The notes: generated by a model from the letters alone, not told the origin. Positions 1-13,094 are shown, counted from the first letter of the whole stretch. The stretch is DNA of 63,517 nt, filler included, from Octopus bimaculoides (GCF_001194135.2; 5 parts of 4 records of this genome joined end to end with filler, not necessarily neighbours in it); one strand, 5' to 3'. A program made the numbers and translations.

Positions 1-677
1 GATAAAGACGTTCTATATCTGCCTTAGGGTGGTGCATTGTATGCATTGTCAACAGGTTTCAGATTTTTCTGTCAACATTACATATTTCAGTAATTGACCA
101 GTTAACGATGTTGAAACTGTAAGTCACGACTGGTATGGCTAGAGCATTGATCGCTTCGATCCTGTTTCTCGCGTTCAGTTCTGTCTTCAGTATTGCTCTC
201 AGCCTACGATAACATTCTCTTCTGATCCTTTCCCTCATCACTGAGCGCTTGATATTGTCCCCTTCAATTACCCCTAGGTATTTGTAGCTCTCCACTGGTT
301 CTAACTCTTTTATGACATTTTACTGGTTAAGGTTCACATTAGATGTATTTGTCATTTTTCCTTCGATAAAGGTAGCTTTTGCACATTTATCAAGGCCAAA
401 TTGCATCCTGATGTCATCACTGAATTGTTTAACAATCGCTAGTAGGCCTTTGAGTTGTTGGTCATTTTTTGCAAAGAGCTTCAAATCATCCATGTAAATG
501 AGATGATTTATATTTTTATCAAATATTTTATAACAATCCTGTGCATCATTGAACAATTTTGAGAGCGGTATTAGGGCTAGACAGAAGAAGAGTGGTGATA
601 GTGAGTCACCCTGGAAAATGCCACATGAAATTCTTACACATGAAATGCCACATGAAATGCCACATGAAATTCTTAAT
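1..677 (-). mobile_element. R4/Dong-like non-LTR retrotransposon, RT fragment (5'-truncated; 3' part runs off the window)
   Basis: Minus strand reads GIFQGDSLSPLFFCLALIPLSKL...HLIYMDDLKLFAKN...MQFGLDKCAKATF...YKYLGV...AINALAIPVVTYSF...HRMHHPKADIERL. These are the RT motifs QGD-SP and YMDD plus an R4/Dong-like thumb. Confidence 0.9.
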
Positions 678-686
678 AACGGAAAT

Positions 687-1495
687 TCACAGCGGTAATG
701 CTTTTGTCAATACGTGTGATCTATCAGCTAAAACAATATTTTGCACTTCTTGCATGGATGGTAAGCCAGGGATCATCCTCAAATAATTCCAGTCCCTCTT
801 TTTGATCATTCCAATTATTCCTACAACCGCTGGCATTTTAACCATCTTGAGATGTCACGTTTTTTTCGATTTTGATTATCAAATGTTTTTGCCGAGATAT
901 TATGTTATCAAGGTATGCGCGGGTTAATCGATAAACATATCTTAATTTGTGAGAGGGTCTCTCTCAACAGTTTATGGTTATTTTCTTCTTTTAAGCTTTG
1001 ACGGTCCGATCTATGTGCACTGGAATGTCCCAAAGAATCGTTACATTTTATCCCTCAGTTACAGCCTCATCTTGAGTGGTGCTTGCACCATTTGTCATCA
1101 ATTTCTATTTTATAATGCTGATGTATTGACCACTGTAGATATTGGCCAACAATGTCATGCCATGATTCATAATCGATTGGTGCTAAATCTTTAAACCTAC
1201 AAATTAGGCGGTCTACTCTCACAGTCATGTCCTTCCACTTTGGAAGACATTGGGTGTACTCTATTTTTCATCACTTTTGCATGGTAGTAGTGGGTCAATT
1301 ATCTCCGATCTTGAGCAGCTAAGATAAAACCTTCGCTCTCTGCCTTTGGCCTTCAGCTCTGTAGCCAGTGATGGGTATGCTTCTGGTCTATATCACCTTG
1401 TTTGCTACGAGCAACGTATTTGAAATGCAGAGAATTTTGTTCTCAACTATTAGTCAACTTTTCAAAAGTTTTTGCTATGCAATTGAGTTGACCAT
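687..1495 (-). mobile_element. Older, decayed R4/Dong-like fragment (zinc-knuckle/RLE C-terminal region)
   Basis: Broken minus-strand frames read EGFILAAQD, DIVGQYLQWSIHQHYKI, VTILWDIPVHIDRTVKA and AVVGIIGMIKK...IPGLPSMQEVQNIVL...KALPL*. The stop is at 687-689. Many stops and frameshifts. Confidence 0.75.
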
Positions 1496-1790
1496 TCTTC
1501 TTCTTCTTCTTCTTCTTCTTCTTCTTCTTCTTCTTCTTCTTCTTCTTCTTCTTCTACTACTACTTCTTCCACCTCCTCTTCTTCTTCTACTACTTCTTCC
1601 TCCTCCTCTTCTTCTTCTTCTTCTTCTTCTTCTTCTTCTTCTTCTTCTTCTTCTTCTTCTTCNNNNNNNNNNNNNNNNNNNNNNNNNNNNNNNNNNNNNN
1701 NNNNNNNNNNNNTACTTCTTCCTCCTCCTCTTCTTCTTCTTCTTCTTCTTCTTCTTCTTCTTCTTTTTCTTTTTCTTCTTCTTCGTCCTA
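1494..1790. repeat. (TTC)n compound microsatellite with a gap
   Basis: Direct observation. Confidence 0.95.
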
Positions 1791-2186
1791 AGGTAAAGAA
1801 TAAGAGATATTATAATATAACTAGAAGCCTGAAGAGACGACGTGTCAGCGGTAGGCGTGAACATTTTCATGTAGCACCCACAATAACAGGAACAGTTCTC
1901 GTTTTCAGATGTTACATTATTTGTATATCAATTTTCTCGTACTTATATTTAATTTCATTGTCAATTACCATTACAGATACATCTCTATCCGGGGGAACGC
2001 TTACATCTATTAGTCTACAAGTATTTTCTTCCCTGTTTTAAATGACTATGACTCGTCAATTGCGTGCATTGTTCTCTCGGGGTTGACTGGAAAAACCCAG
2101 AGGATACTGATATCTTTACCCTCAATGACTGGCTGCGGACGATGCTCGTACCACTAAGTAGGAGATTTGACTTTGTAGTTTTTACG

Positions 2187-2714
2187 TATTATTATTATTA
2201 TTGTTCAGTAGTTTTATTTTTATAACGTGCTTTCACTTCACTACCGAGCGCAGCTCTGTGCGCCTTGGGTATGTGCTGTGGTTTGCTGTGGTGCTCTTAT
2301 GTTTACTGTATTGAAAGTGTTTCGCGTAGAATGCGTGCAGTACCCAGTAGTGCAATTTCTGTATGTTATATATATATGTGTAAGTCCTGGTGTTTTTGTT
2401 ATGTATTTGTCTGAATATTTTTTATTATACCTAAGGCACCTACTATGATAGGAATTGTTTCTGTTTTTAGACTCCACATTCGAGTTATCTCTATTTCCAG
2501 GTCTTTGTATTTTGAAAGTTTTTGCATTTCTTTTCGAGAAACGTTGTCATCTGCTGGTATTGATACATCAATTAGAAAGCATTTTTTTCTTCATGATCTT
2601 TGACAACTATATCTGGTCTATTTGCCTTAATTTCTCTATCTGTGTGTATTGGCATATCCCAGAGTATGGTTGCTTTCTCGTTTTCTGTGACCTTTTCTAG
2701 CGTGTATTTATACC
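2187..2714 (-). mobile_element. R4/Dong-like 3' fragment with 3'UTR and (TAA)n tail
   Basis: RLE-region peptide (RPDIVVKD...FLIDVSIP...), then 3'UTR ...GAAAGCACGTTATAAAAATAAAACTACTGAAC, then (AAT)n on the minus strand. Confidence 0.9.
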
Positions 2715-2959
2715 NNNNNNNNNNNNNNNNNNNNNNNNNNNNNNNNNNNNNNNNNNNNNNNNNNNNNNNNNNNNNNNNNNNNNNNNNNNNNNNNNNNNNN
2801 NNNNNNNNNNNNNNNNNNNNNNNNNNNNNNNNNNNNNNNNNNNNNNNNNNNNNNNNNNNNNNNNNNNNNNNNNNNNNNNNNNNNNNNNNNNNNNNNNNNN
2901 NNNNNNNNNNNNNNNNNNNNNNNNNNNNNNNNNNNNNNNNNNNNNNNNNNNNNNNNNNN

Positions 2960-3526
2960 ATTTCTGTATGTTATATATATATGTGTAAGTCCTGGTGTTT
3001 TTGTTATGTATTTGTCTGAATATTTTTTTTATTATACCCAAGGCGCCTACTATGATAGGTAATGTTTCTGTTTTTAGATTCCACATTCGAGTTACCTCTG
3101 TTTCCAGGTCNNNNNNNNNNACTACCGAGCGCAGCTCTGTGTGCCTTGGGTATGAGCTGTGGTTTGCTGTAATGCTCTTATAATTACTGTAGTGAAAGTG
3201 TTTTGCGTAGGACGTGTGCAGTGCCCAGTAGTGCAGTTTTCTGTATGGTATATATATTTGTAAATCCTGGTGTTTTTGTTATGTATTTGTCTGAATATTT
3301 TTTTTATTATACCCAAGGCGCCTACTATGATAGGTAATGTTTCTGTTTTTAGATTCCACATTCGAGTTACCTCTGTTTCCAGGTCTTTGTATATTGAAAG
3401 TTTCTCCATTTCTTTTAGGGAAACGTTGTTATCTGCTCGTATTGATAGATCAATTAGAAAGCATGTTTTCCTTCATGATCTTTGACAACTATATCTGGTC
3501 TATCTGTGTGTATTGACATATCCCAG

Positions 3527-3531
<5 letters not shown>
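2960..3531 (-). mobile_element. R4/Dong-like 3' fragment(s), 5'-truncated into a (TAA)n tract
   Basis: MEKLSIYKDLETEVTRMWNLKTETLPIIVGALGIIKK. The 5' end (TCCCAGAGTA) abuts (TAT)n at 3529-3620. 2960-3110 duplicates 3236-3384 across a 10-N gap. Confidence 0.9.
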
Positions 3532-3621
<90 letters not shown>

Positions 3622-3836
3622 CATTGCGTGTTGCGATTATAATTTATAGGTTTGAACGATATTTCGATAGCTCACCCGTCGTTTTCAAATTCAAAACGTA
3701 AAATGTACGCAAATTTAAAATTATAGAAATTCACATTCAACGAGAGGACCCTGCGTTACCCCGTTGACGTAATTACATCATCAGTTTTCAGGTTTACAAC
3801 TGGTAAGCAGAAAAAAGAAGCGAAAAAAAAAATTGT

Positions 3837-6250
3837 CTAAATATAATGAAATGCCACTGCCATTTTATTCATTCCTCCAGGGCGTGATGCTAATAACTCA
3901 TAAACATGTTTGCCCTCAGGCATTTTAATTACTGAGAATGTAGTAGATTCAGAATATTTTCGAAGAATGTGTGATTTCAGTCTTTCCTTGGAAACCGCTA
4001 ATTTAAAATGTTCAGCAAATTCAGTCGAACTCATGTTATTGTGCCTGACATCATATATGTGCCCATTGAATCTTTTGTTTAACTGCTCTGTTGTACAACC
4101 ATCATAAATCAAGTTGTCTTTAGTGTATTTTGCTGCGTACACCCAATCTTTACAGTCCTACCTTCCGTATAAATAATGGCATTTCTGCTATGATTCCTGA
4201 TGGAAGTGAAATGGACTCACGCTGTGATACAATGAAGAAGGCTCACCTCTCTTGCGGTTGTGTTTTAAGGTGCAGAAATTTCAATGCTAGTTTTCGTGTG
4301 GTCAGATATATGGGGTTAACATTTTCTGATAGTCTATTACGTTTAAAGGCTACAACAGACGGCTGAGGGAATATTTGTTTTAAAAGAGGTTCTGTTCTGC
4401 AATATAATGGTAAGTTTCATGTAACACTTCTGAAATGCCAGTAAAATTTCGGTTGCAGATAAACACTAAAGGAATTCAATCACATATTTTACTTCCTTTG
4501 CTAAAATTATGCATGGAAGCTTAAATTTCCTTGTTAATTCCAGCTATGTCATTTGTGATTTCCTTTAATCATGATTCACTATTACCGCGTTTGGCATAAT
4601 GGTGTACAAGAGCATTTGCATATTTCTCGTAATTCTTTATATAAGTAGGAATCCTTTTTATCCTCATAAATTGGGATTTCGGATTTGACGGGAATTATAT
4701 GACGTGAATGATCGGAGCGGCGGTGGAGATAAATGAGGGATAACGCGGGCGTTCAAAATAACTCTGCCTCCAGAAAACTACTGTGTCCAAAACCCCAACG
4801 CTGTTTTTTGAAAAACTATACATAAATTTTATTTTCGACTTATTAGCGTAATAGTCACAGAAAACAAACTCACTACAGCAGCTAAGCAGAGTTTAAATCT
4901 AGTTGCAGATTTGATGGCATCGAAGCAATATCGCTTTCTTCAAAATGCCTCATTTTCTGTGTCCACCACCAACTACACACAACTCATTTGATTAGTATCA
5001 GCTTCCACTCTGCATATATAGTGGAAGTATATAGTAAGTCATGCGATTTTTCCTGTCTCGCATACTCATATATTTGGTTTCCATTCATATGCAAGTTTAA
5101 TACGTGTTACCACTTGCTAGCACTCATCATACTACTGAATAAATTACAAAGTTTTTGTTTATAAACTTGCCTTCTGAATATTCCTAGTTCACGTCTTTTC
5201 AAGAAATCACTGAAAATGTATTCTTTCTATGAACTGCATTCTAACAATGCAAGCTACACGCATTATGTAACAACTCGAGAATGTTACATATAGGAGATAT
5301 TCCTTTCAACTTACATTAGTGACTCACATTGTTCATTAAACCATCGTGTGATCCTTCCCAGACAAAAGAGACGCCTTCAATGAACGTGACCTGATTACTT
5401 GGTACATAACCATGTAGGGACTTGAATGTGTCAAGTAACAGCGTCTCGAATTTCGTCAAGAAAACATTAGTGAACATAACTGCTATGGATGTCCACAAGG
5501 CGCAAACCCTCGCCTGATGCTTACATTTTTTCCCAGACTTCATTGTGTTACTTAGTAACGCTAACGTCAAAAGCTAGCAGCAAAAAGTAGAGGGATTATT
5601 TTCGTCTCACCGTTTTTCGGAGGCATTTTTCCATCCACTCATCGTGCTTAATAGTGGGATATTGCCAAAAATCATCTATGGCTACCATAAAACAAGTTTC
5701 AACACTACTTCGGTTCGTACAAATGAAGCCAATTTTGGACAGAAAATCAAAAATATTTCTAATATAGGCACTTGATCTTTTTACTACAGGGAGTACAAAA
5801 CCATCTAGCTACACCTAAGATATGGTTTTACAACATTCATAGCTGCTGGAAAATGGGCGCATGGAGGAAATTGTTCGAACATTTTGTGTATTTTGTGGAG
5901 ACCATTAAATACAGGTGTTCTTTCTCCTGAGCGTACAATCCTGGATTCAGCATTATTAATGAAATTGTTTCCATCCATTTCCAGAATTACTTTGCCAAGT
6001 TCTTTGTAATTGCGGTTCGTATCGTCAGGTAATTCTTCAAATGGAATTTGGTCACTTAAAACTTCTTCACAAGCCAAAAAGTACTCACTGTTGTCCATAA
6101 TTACAAAAGCTCCTCTCTTAACCGCCATGTTATTAACAATAAAGTCATTGTTAGCTTTTGTGAGGATATTCCAGGTCTTCTTTCCACTTGTTTAAAGGAT
6201 TTCTCTAATACCTGTATGACATGAACTAATATTCTGGGTCATGAACAAAT
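3837..6250 (-). mobile_element. Decayed Penelope-like element (RT + GIY-YIG)
   Basis: In order on the minus strand: AVKRGAFVIMD...RTPVFNGLHKIHK (PLE RT N-terminus), VKRSSAYIRNIFDFLSKI, AVMFTNVFLTKFETLLL, PLVFICN...QIFPQPSVVAFKRNR and IYDGCTTEQLNKRFNGH (GIY-YIG-like). Heavily disrupted. Confidence 0.85.
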
Positions 6251-7766
6251 ACTCTAGTTATTTTTATTCCCCTTCCTATTCCTCGTTTTATTCTTATTTC
6301 TCCTTAATTTATTTGAGGCTGTTATTTTTGTCTATGGTTTCTATTTGATTTGTCATGGCTATTGCGGAAACCTTTTCTTCGGATAATGGTTGGTTCAGTT
6401 GCATTTCTTAGAGATATATTTTTGCGTCTTTCACCATTGAGTGCAACTACTTTGTATCCTTATGTTTCAGAACCGTCTTTAATGTCCACTCATTCACTTG
6501 TTGTATGTAGGTAGAAAGTCTCATGGTTGTAATTTTCAATAGAAGGTAAAACCATTAAACACCTGCGCGTTCATTTCTCTGTATGTCTCTGCCTATGGGT
6601 GATTCGTACGACGCACTGTTATCAGCTTTCGTATTTTGACATCAAATTCAAACTATCACTTATTAAAATATTACATATGTAACGTAACTTTCTAAATATG
6701 AGAGTAGCTCCATAAAAATGGTTTGTTTTGAGATTGCACACGCCACTCTTGATGTCTACCGATCAATGTGGAATGATGGGTATTTCTTTTCAAGTGAACC
6801 TTATCCAGAGATTATGTTTGGTACGGAATGCACTAATACTTCTAGACATACCTCATATATCCTAATTTTTAATTCGGCATAAGAGCTATTTTCCTTATTT
6901 TCAATATGTTTCTACGATTTTGCGTATAGAAATCCCTTTGTATTTTAGACGGTGTCATAACTTATATGCTGTCTATTAATATCTAGTCTAATGAGTTCAA
7001 CTGTTCCGTCTGTTTGATGTCCCATGGAATTTTCAGTTTATCATGCAATTGTCGGTTTATCATTCTCTGGAAAAATATTGTACCAGTTTTCTTAAGTACT
7101 GCAAATGAACACAAAACATCATATCACGTGTATTATTTCTGAGCTAACATTTTTATCGTCCTCTATTATGAATAATATATTAAGTCCTTTATTGTAAGTC
7201 CTGCAGCCGTCCATTTAATATATCGAACAACTATCACTATTAGTGAAATCTCTTTAGGGTTTGCTCATGAGTAGCCACCAAAAACTACGTGTTACATTAG
7301 ACGCACATCTAAAATAAGTGCATACATATTCATATAATAACATATTCTTGGTATCCTTTCGTTGAGACTTTCATGTAAAGTTTGATCCCCCGAGAATCAA
7401 CACAAAGACGTCTTGTTTCTATTACAATCTGATTAATTCTTCCTTCTTCAATTTTAGCGAGATATTCGTTTGCCGAGCTTTTCTTTCCCTTTATACAATC
7501 TGAAATGCGAGTAAGTCCACTAAAACTAATCAACCGTTTTATGATTAAACGACTGAAATTTGCATTCAGATTAAACACTCAATGCATGGTTAGAGAGATA
7601 AAGAGATATCCTTTTTTTTCACGTCTAATGCATCTATTTCATCTGCTTTCCAATTCCCTATGCAGACGTTAACGTGTGACGGCAATTGCCCAACATATGT
7701 TGATCGCATTTATCAAATTTCTTGATCAAAATTAGGATTTCAATATATTATTTTCAAATAAATTTT

Positions 7767-8010
<244 letters not shown>

Positions 8011-8029
8011 TGTTGCAGTAAACTAGTAC

Positions 8030-8430
8030 AATCATTAGAATAGCAGGGAAGGCGTTGAGCTGGCAGAATCGTTAGCACGCCGGGCGAAATGCTTAGCGGT
8101 ATTTCGTGTCTGCCGTTACGTTCTGAGTTCAAATTCTGCCGACGTCGACTTTGCCTTTCATCCTTTCGGGGTCGATAAATTAAGTACCAGTTACGCTCTG
8201 GAATCGATGTAATTGACTTAATCCCTTTGTCTGTCCTTGTTTGTCCCCTCTATGTTTAGCCCCTCGTGGGCAATAAAGAAATAAGAATAGCAGGGAAAAT
8301 GCTTGGCGTCATTTCATCCGTCCTCACGCTCTGAGTTCAAATTCCACCGAGGTCGACTTTGCCCTTCATCATTTCGGGGTCTTTAAAATAAGTTCCTGTT
8401 GAGCACTGGCATCGATGTAATCGATTATNN
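8030..8430 (+). mobile_element. tRNA-derived SINE family A (8051-8283) nested in an older family A copy
   Basis: Head GAGCTGGCAGAATCGTTAGCACGCCGGGCGAAATGCTTAGC, B-box-like GAGTTCAAATTC and tail AATAAAGAAATAAGAA. 14-bp TSD AGAATAGCAGGGAA at 8037-8050 and 8284-8297. Confidence 0.9.
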
Positions 8431-8472
8431 NNNNNNNNNNNNNNNNNNNNNNNNNNNNNNNNNNNNNNNNNN

Positions 8473-8484
8473 TTAATTAATTAA
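8473..8484. other. Assembly linker TTAATTAATTAA inside N runs (also near 27512, 57277, 61070)
   Basis: The same 12-mer is isolated within N gaps four times and has stops in all frames. Scaffolding artefact. Confidence 0.9.
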
Positions 8485-9182
8485 NNNNNNNNNNNNNNNN
8501 NNNNNNNNNNNNNNNNNNNNNNNNNNNNATATATATATATATATAAACAAATAGTAAATGAGTATATGCATATATACGTACAGGTATGTGCATACCGACA
8601 TTGCAAACAAAACGTAGACAAGAAAACACACAAGCCACATAGAGAACATTTTCCTTCATCAGCTACCCCCGTTTTAACACTGGCGTTTCGAAGAGCTGAT
8701 ATATATATACTCAAATCGAATAAACGAACATTAAAAATCTCTATAACAAACAAGAGAACTAATACAAGGAACGTATTACTTTCACGCTCGATAAGAAGTG
8801 TGAGTTTTTGATGTGTCGAAAAGGTAAGCGGAAATGTTCAATGTAGGAAAAAGTTACCAACAACATGTCTGTAGTTACATTGCTGAAGAGGTAATAATTC
8901 TTGAGTAGTATACACCAAGTAGTATGTCGTTTTAACAAGTCGTCTGATGAGACACATCTGCGCAGCATCTCATCCACGTTGGAGAGATGCATGATGGGTC
9001 GAAAAGATCATTGTGATTAATAAAGAATCTCGAGAATTCCATTTCCTTTCCCTTTCTCTCGTATTATGTCTATATATATNNNNNNNNNNNNNNNNNNNNN
9101 NNNNNNNNNNNNNNNNNNNNNNNNNNNNNNNNNNNNNNNNNNNNNNNNNNNNNNNNNNNNNNNNNNNNNNNNNNNNNNNNNN

Positions 9183-9415
9183 TATATATATAATATGTAT
9201 GTTCGCCATGATAGATCGCTGACCACTACATTTATATATTTCTTCTCCTTGTTTCTTTCTGTATTCCTTTCAGTTGAAGAGCGAAGGCTCGAAACGTTAA
9301 AGACTTACTCTATTCCCGAGCGTTAAACTAATACATCCATTTGTTGTTTACACCATCTGTCTTCGTCTGTTGTTTTTTTCGTAAATTCTCCTATATATAT
9401 ATATATATATATATA
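9183..9415 (+). repeat. Short TA-flanked repeat carrying a degenerate minimal hammerhead motif (Penelope-terminal-like)
   Basis: CTTT-CAGTTGA-A-GAGC-GAAG-GCTC-GAA-ACGT-T-AAAG at 9267-9302, with (TA)n on both sides. Confidence 0.6.
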
Positions 9416-9499
9416 CTCAATAAACCATGAATCAGAAAAGAAGCACAATCTAAAGAATAAAGCAGTAATTATCGAAATAAATAGTTAAATACATATGTA

Positions 9500-9892
9500 C
9501 AGGTGCAAGAATGGCTGTATGGTAAGAAGCTTCCTTTCCAACAACATGGTCCCGGGGTCAGTCCCACTGCGTGGCTCCTTGGGCAAGTGCTTCTACTATA
9601 GCCTCGGGCCAATAAGTCCTTGTGAGTGGAACTGAAAGAAGCCCGTCGCATATATGTATATATATTTATGTATGTATGCGCTTGTTGCTTATATCAGTGT
9701 TTGTCTCACCACTATCGCTTGACAACTGATGCTGATGTGTTTACGTCCCCGTAACTTTGCGGTTCGGCGTAAAGGGTTGGGTAGAATAAGTACTAGGCTT
9801 ACAAAAAATGAGTCCTGGGGTCGATTTATTCGACTAAAGGTGGTGCTCCTGTATGGCTGCAGTCAAATGACTGAAACAAGTAAAAAAGTATT
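9500..9892 (+). mobile_element. tRNA-derived SINE family B
   Basis: Head TGGCTGTATGGTAAGAAGC...GGGTCAGTCCC, CCTTGGGCAAGTG, internal (TA)/(TG) tract, tail GCAGTCAAATGACTGAAACAAGTAAAA. Confidence 0.9.
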
Positions 9893-9924
9893 ATTTATGT
9901 TATTATATATACATATTGCCAGAC

Positions 9925-10135
9925 AGTCAGTTATGATGATAAGGGCTCCAACTGATCCGATCAAAGTGAAAGTAACGTGCAAGTGGCCGAGCAGTACACG
10001 GACACGCGTGGTATAGTCGAGTCTTTAGAGAGTTTCATCGGGACACAGAGAGTGACAAGCCGGCCCTTTCAAATACAGGTACAACTCATTTTTGCCACCT
10101 GAGTTGACTGGAGCAACGTGAAAGAAAGGTGGTGT
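9925..10135 (-). mobile_element. SINE fragment (family C/D 3' part)
   Basis: Shares GTTGTACCTGTATTT...AAAGGGCC...CACTTGCA with the SINE at 51515-51899. Confidence 0.7.
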
Positions 10136-10243
10136 CTCATCATGTCCGCAGATCAACGAATGAGTGTCTGGAATACATAAAAGATAAAAGAATATATGTC
10201 TGTATGTGTGTTATTGCGCGCGTGGGTTGGAGCATGTGTGTGT

Positions 10244-10289
<46 letters not shown>

Positions 10290-11558
10290 CTATGGGTAAG
10301 GAGTGTTGAGAAATGGTCAAAAATATATTTAAGATAACAGCGATGTAGAAATGAAAGAAGTTTTATACATACATCTCTCCACACACGCTTAACGTGTTTC
10401 AGAATGTATGCGTGTGTAAATATACGTTGTTGAGTTTGTGTGTGTGTCTGTATTTATGTGTGTATGTGTGTGTATGTGTTTGTGAGTGTGTGTGTGTGTG
10501 TGTGTGCGTGCGTTTGCATGAGTGTTTCAATCTGTGTACATGTGTATTAGTCTTCGTTTTGCGAAAAGCCCCATATATGATGACACGTCAGAGGCTAAAA
10601 ACCATAAGAGCAACTATGTGACGAAAACAACAACAACAACAACAACAACAAAACAAAACAACACAGAACGAAACAAAAAAAATAAACCAAAACAAAAGTA
10701 AAAAACAAAATCGCAAGAAAATAACCAAAAAAAAAAACCCTGCAATGAAGATAAAGAAATGGAACAAGACGATCAACAATCAGGAGAAGCGGCAAGAACA
10801 ACCACAGTAGCCGTACCCCATACAGCGACAGGAAGCATATACGGGGTGTATAATGCATGTATATGTGTGTGTGTGTGTATATATATCTATATATATAAAT
10901 AAGTGTTTATGCGTGTGCGTGCGTGTGTTTGTGTGTGTATGTATGAGTTAATAGCCTAACACGATAGTAATGGAAAGTCGTTAAGTATGTAAGAGTATCG
11001 CGTTTCGGTATGTGTTTGGTCGTTGGCCCAGCTTGCCTGCAGATGGCGTGGGTGAGGTACAGACAAGGCTACTGACAAGGCATATAAGCAGCTATAAAAA
11101 GTTTGTAAGTAGTACTATAATGTAGCTCACTGCTTCTGGCTTTGGTGGATCAAATTATTTAACTTATAGACTTACTGAGGCGACCCACTAGTTTTATTAT
11201 CTTGACACTAAAGCAGATATCCAAGCAGAAAATGCGCGCACACATACACGCATACACAAATGCATAGTCACAAGCACGCACATACATACAAGCATGCGCG
11301 CACATGGATACATACATACAGAGGCACACACGCACACACGATGAAACAAATATACGCACGCACATACATACACATAGATGTGTAGACGTGTGCTCAAAAT
11401 CATATAAACACATACATAGATAAATTGAGGTGTGGGGGAGATGTGTAGATATAAACAATAGGCACTGTCATGCTATTATCTCTAGGCATATATATACATA
11501 TACATACACACACACACGCGCGCACACACATATATATACATATATACGNNNNNNNNNN

Positions 11559-11618
<60 letters not shown>

Positions 11619-11994
11619 TAGAGAGAGAGAGAGAGAAATATGTATATTTGTGTGTATATGCAAATATAAATGTGACTGCATATATATTTATGTATGTATG
11701 TGTATATATATATATGTGTGTGTGTGTGTATCTATTCACATATGCAAAAACCTGTCTCACACATAGGCTCACCCACGCGCACATATATATATATATGTAT
11801 ATCACATGTGATTAAAATATACAAATGATATAAATATTACAATATTGCGAAGATATATTTATCACATTCGTCGAGTGTTGTTTAGCACTTATAATAATTA
11901 TATGAAGCTCCACGAGGCCTTTCGACAAAAACAAAAACAAACAAGAAGAAGAAGAAGAAGAACAACAACAACAATAGTAATAATAATAATAATG

Positions 11995-12025
<31 letters not shown>

Positions 12026-12361
12026 GCAAAAACCTTCGCGCTTTTTGCCGCTCCTTTTCGCTTCTCTTCTTTATTGCCGTACATTAATTTTTAGTAACTG
12101 TGCCTCTATGAAGAAACGAAACATTATTTGGTGTTTCATATTTTTTACTTAGGTTAATGTCTGCAGTAAAAACTAAGGGATGCGTTTGAAGTAAAGGATT
12201 CCTAAGACATAAAAGTAAATATAATTGAAGCATACTTGGGTGTTTTAGCAAGAATTTCGTTTCGTAATTATGTGGTTTCAGGATCGATCTTAGTGTATAG
12301 CCGCTTGTGAAAATCGTCTTTAAATGGATAATAGGTTGTTGTTAATGATCCTTTGTACTCT

Positions 12362-12794
12362 AGGCACAAGGCATGAAATTTGGTGAGAGTGGGCCAGTCG
12401 ATCAGATCGACCCCAGTACGTAACTGGTACTTAATTTATCGACCCCGAAAGGATGAAAGGCAAAGTCGACCGCGACGGAATTTGAGCTCAGAACTTAAAG
12501 ACAGACGAAAAACCGCTAAGAATTTCGCCCGGCGTGCTAACGTTTCTTATTTCTTTACTGCCCACAAGGGGCTACACACGGAGGGGACAAACAAGGACAG
12601 ACAAACAAGGACAGACAAACAAATTAAGTCGATTATATCGACCCCAGTGCGTAACTGGCACTTAATTTATCGACCCCGAAAGGATGAAAGGCAAAGTCGA
12701 CCTCGGCGGAATTTGAACTCAGAACGTAAAGACAGACGAAATACCGCTAAGAATTTCGTCCGGCGTGCTAACGTTTCTGCCAGCTCGCCGCCTT
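12362..12794 (-). mobile_element. Head-to-tail dimer of SINE family A
   Basis: Two near-identical bodies. The tail ...AAAGAAATAAGAA is joined to ACGTTAGCACGCC of the second copy near 12540-12550. Confidence 0.9.
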
Positions 12795-13094
12795 GATTAT
12801 TGTTAATAATGGGTAAATGTCATGGATGTAAACAACGGCGAGGGAAATTAAAGAAATATATTGAGATATTTGTTCTATATCGAGGAACGGATACTCCCTT
12901 GCAATTCATGACATAAAAAATGGAGTAAAGCAACGAGGTAGACATTTGAATACAGCATTCCATAACAACGTCACTATTGGTCGCAAATTGCATTGTAAAT
13001 TAGATTAATAACAATAAGCTAGAAAGGTATTCTTAATGATGACCGTCTACATGATGGGCCAGGTATTCCCAGTTAGTGAGAAGGGTATTGTTAT

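Noticed and set aside
1829-1870. Hammerhead-like CTGAAGA-GACG...CGT-GAAC
   Set aside because: GAAA is broken and stems I/III are absent. Too degenerate.
8473-8484. TTAATTAATTAA palindromes as biological motifs
   Set aside because: They occur only inside N runs and are scaffolding linkers.
11040-11060. 9-nt microexon CAG|ATGGCGTGG|GTGAGG (also a 21-nt candidate near 24310-24331)
   Set aside because: Such short signals arise by chance in 63 kb and there is no supporting evidence.
12380-12796. 138-aa ORF with an internal repeat
   Set aside because: It is the antisense reading of the SINE A dimer.
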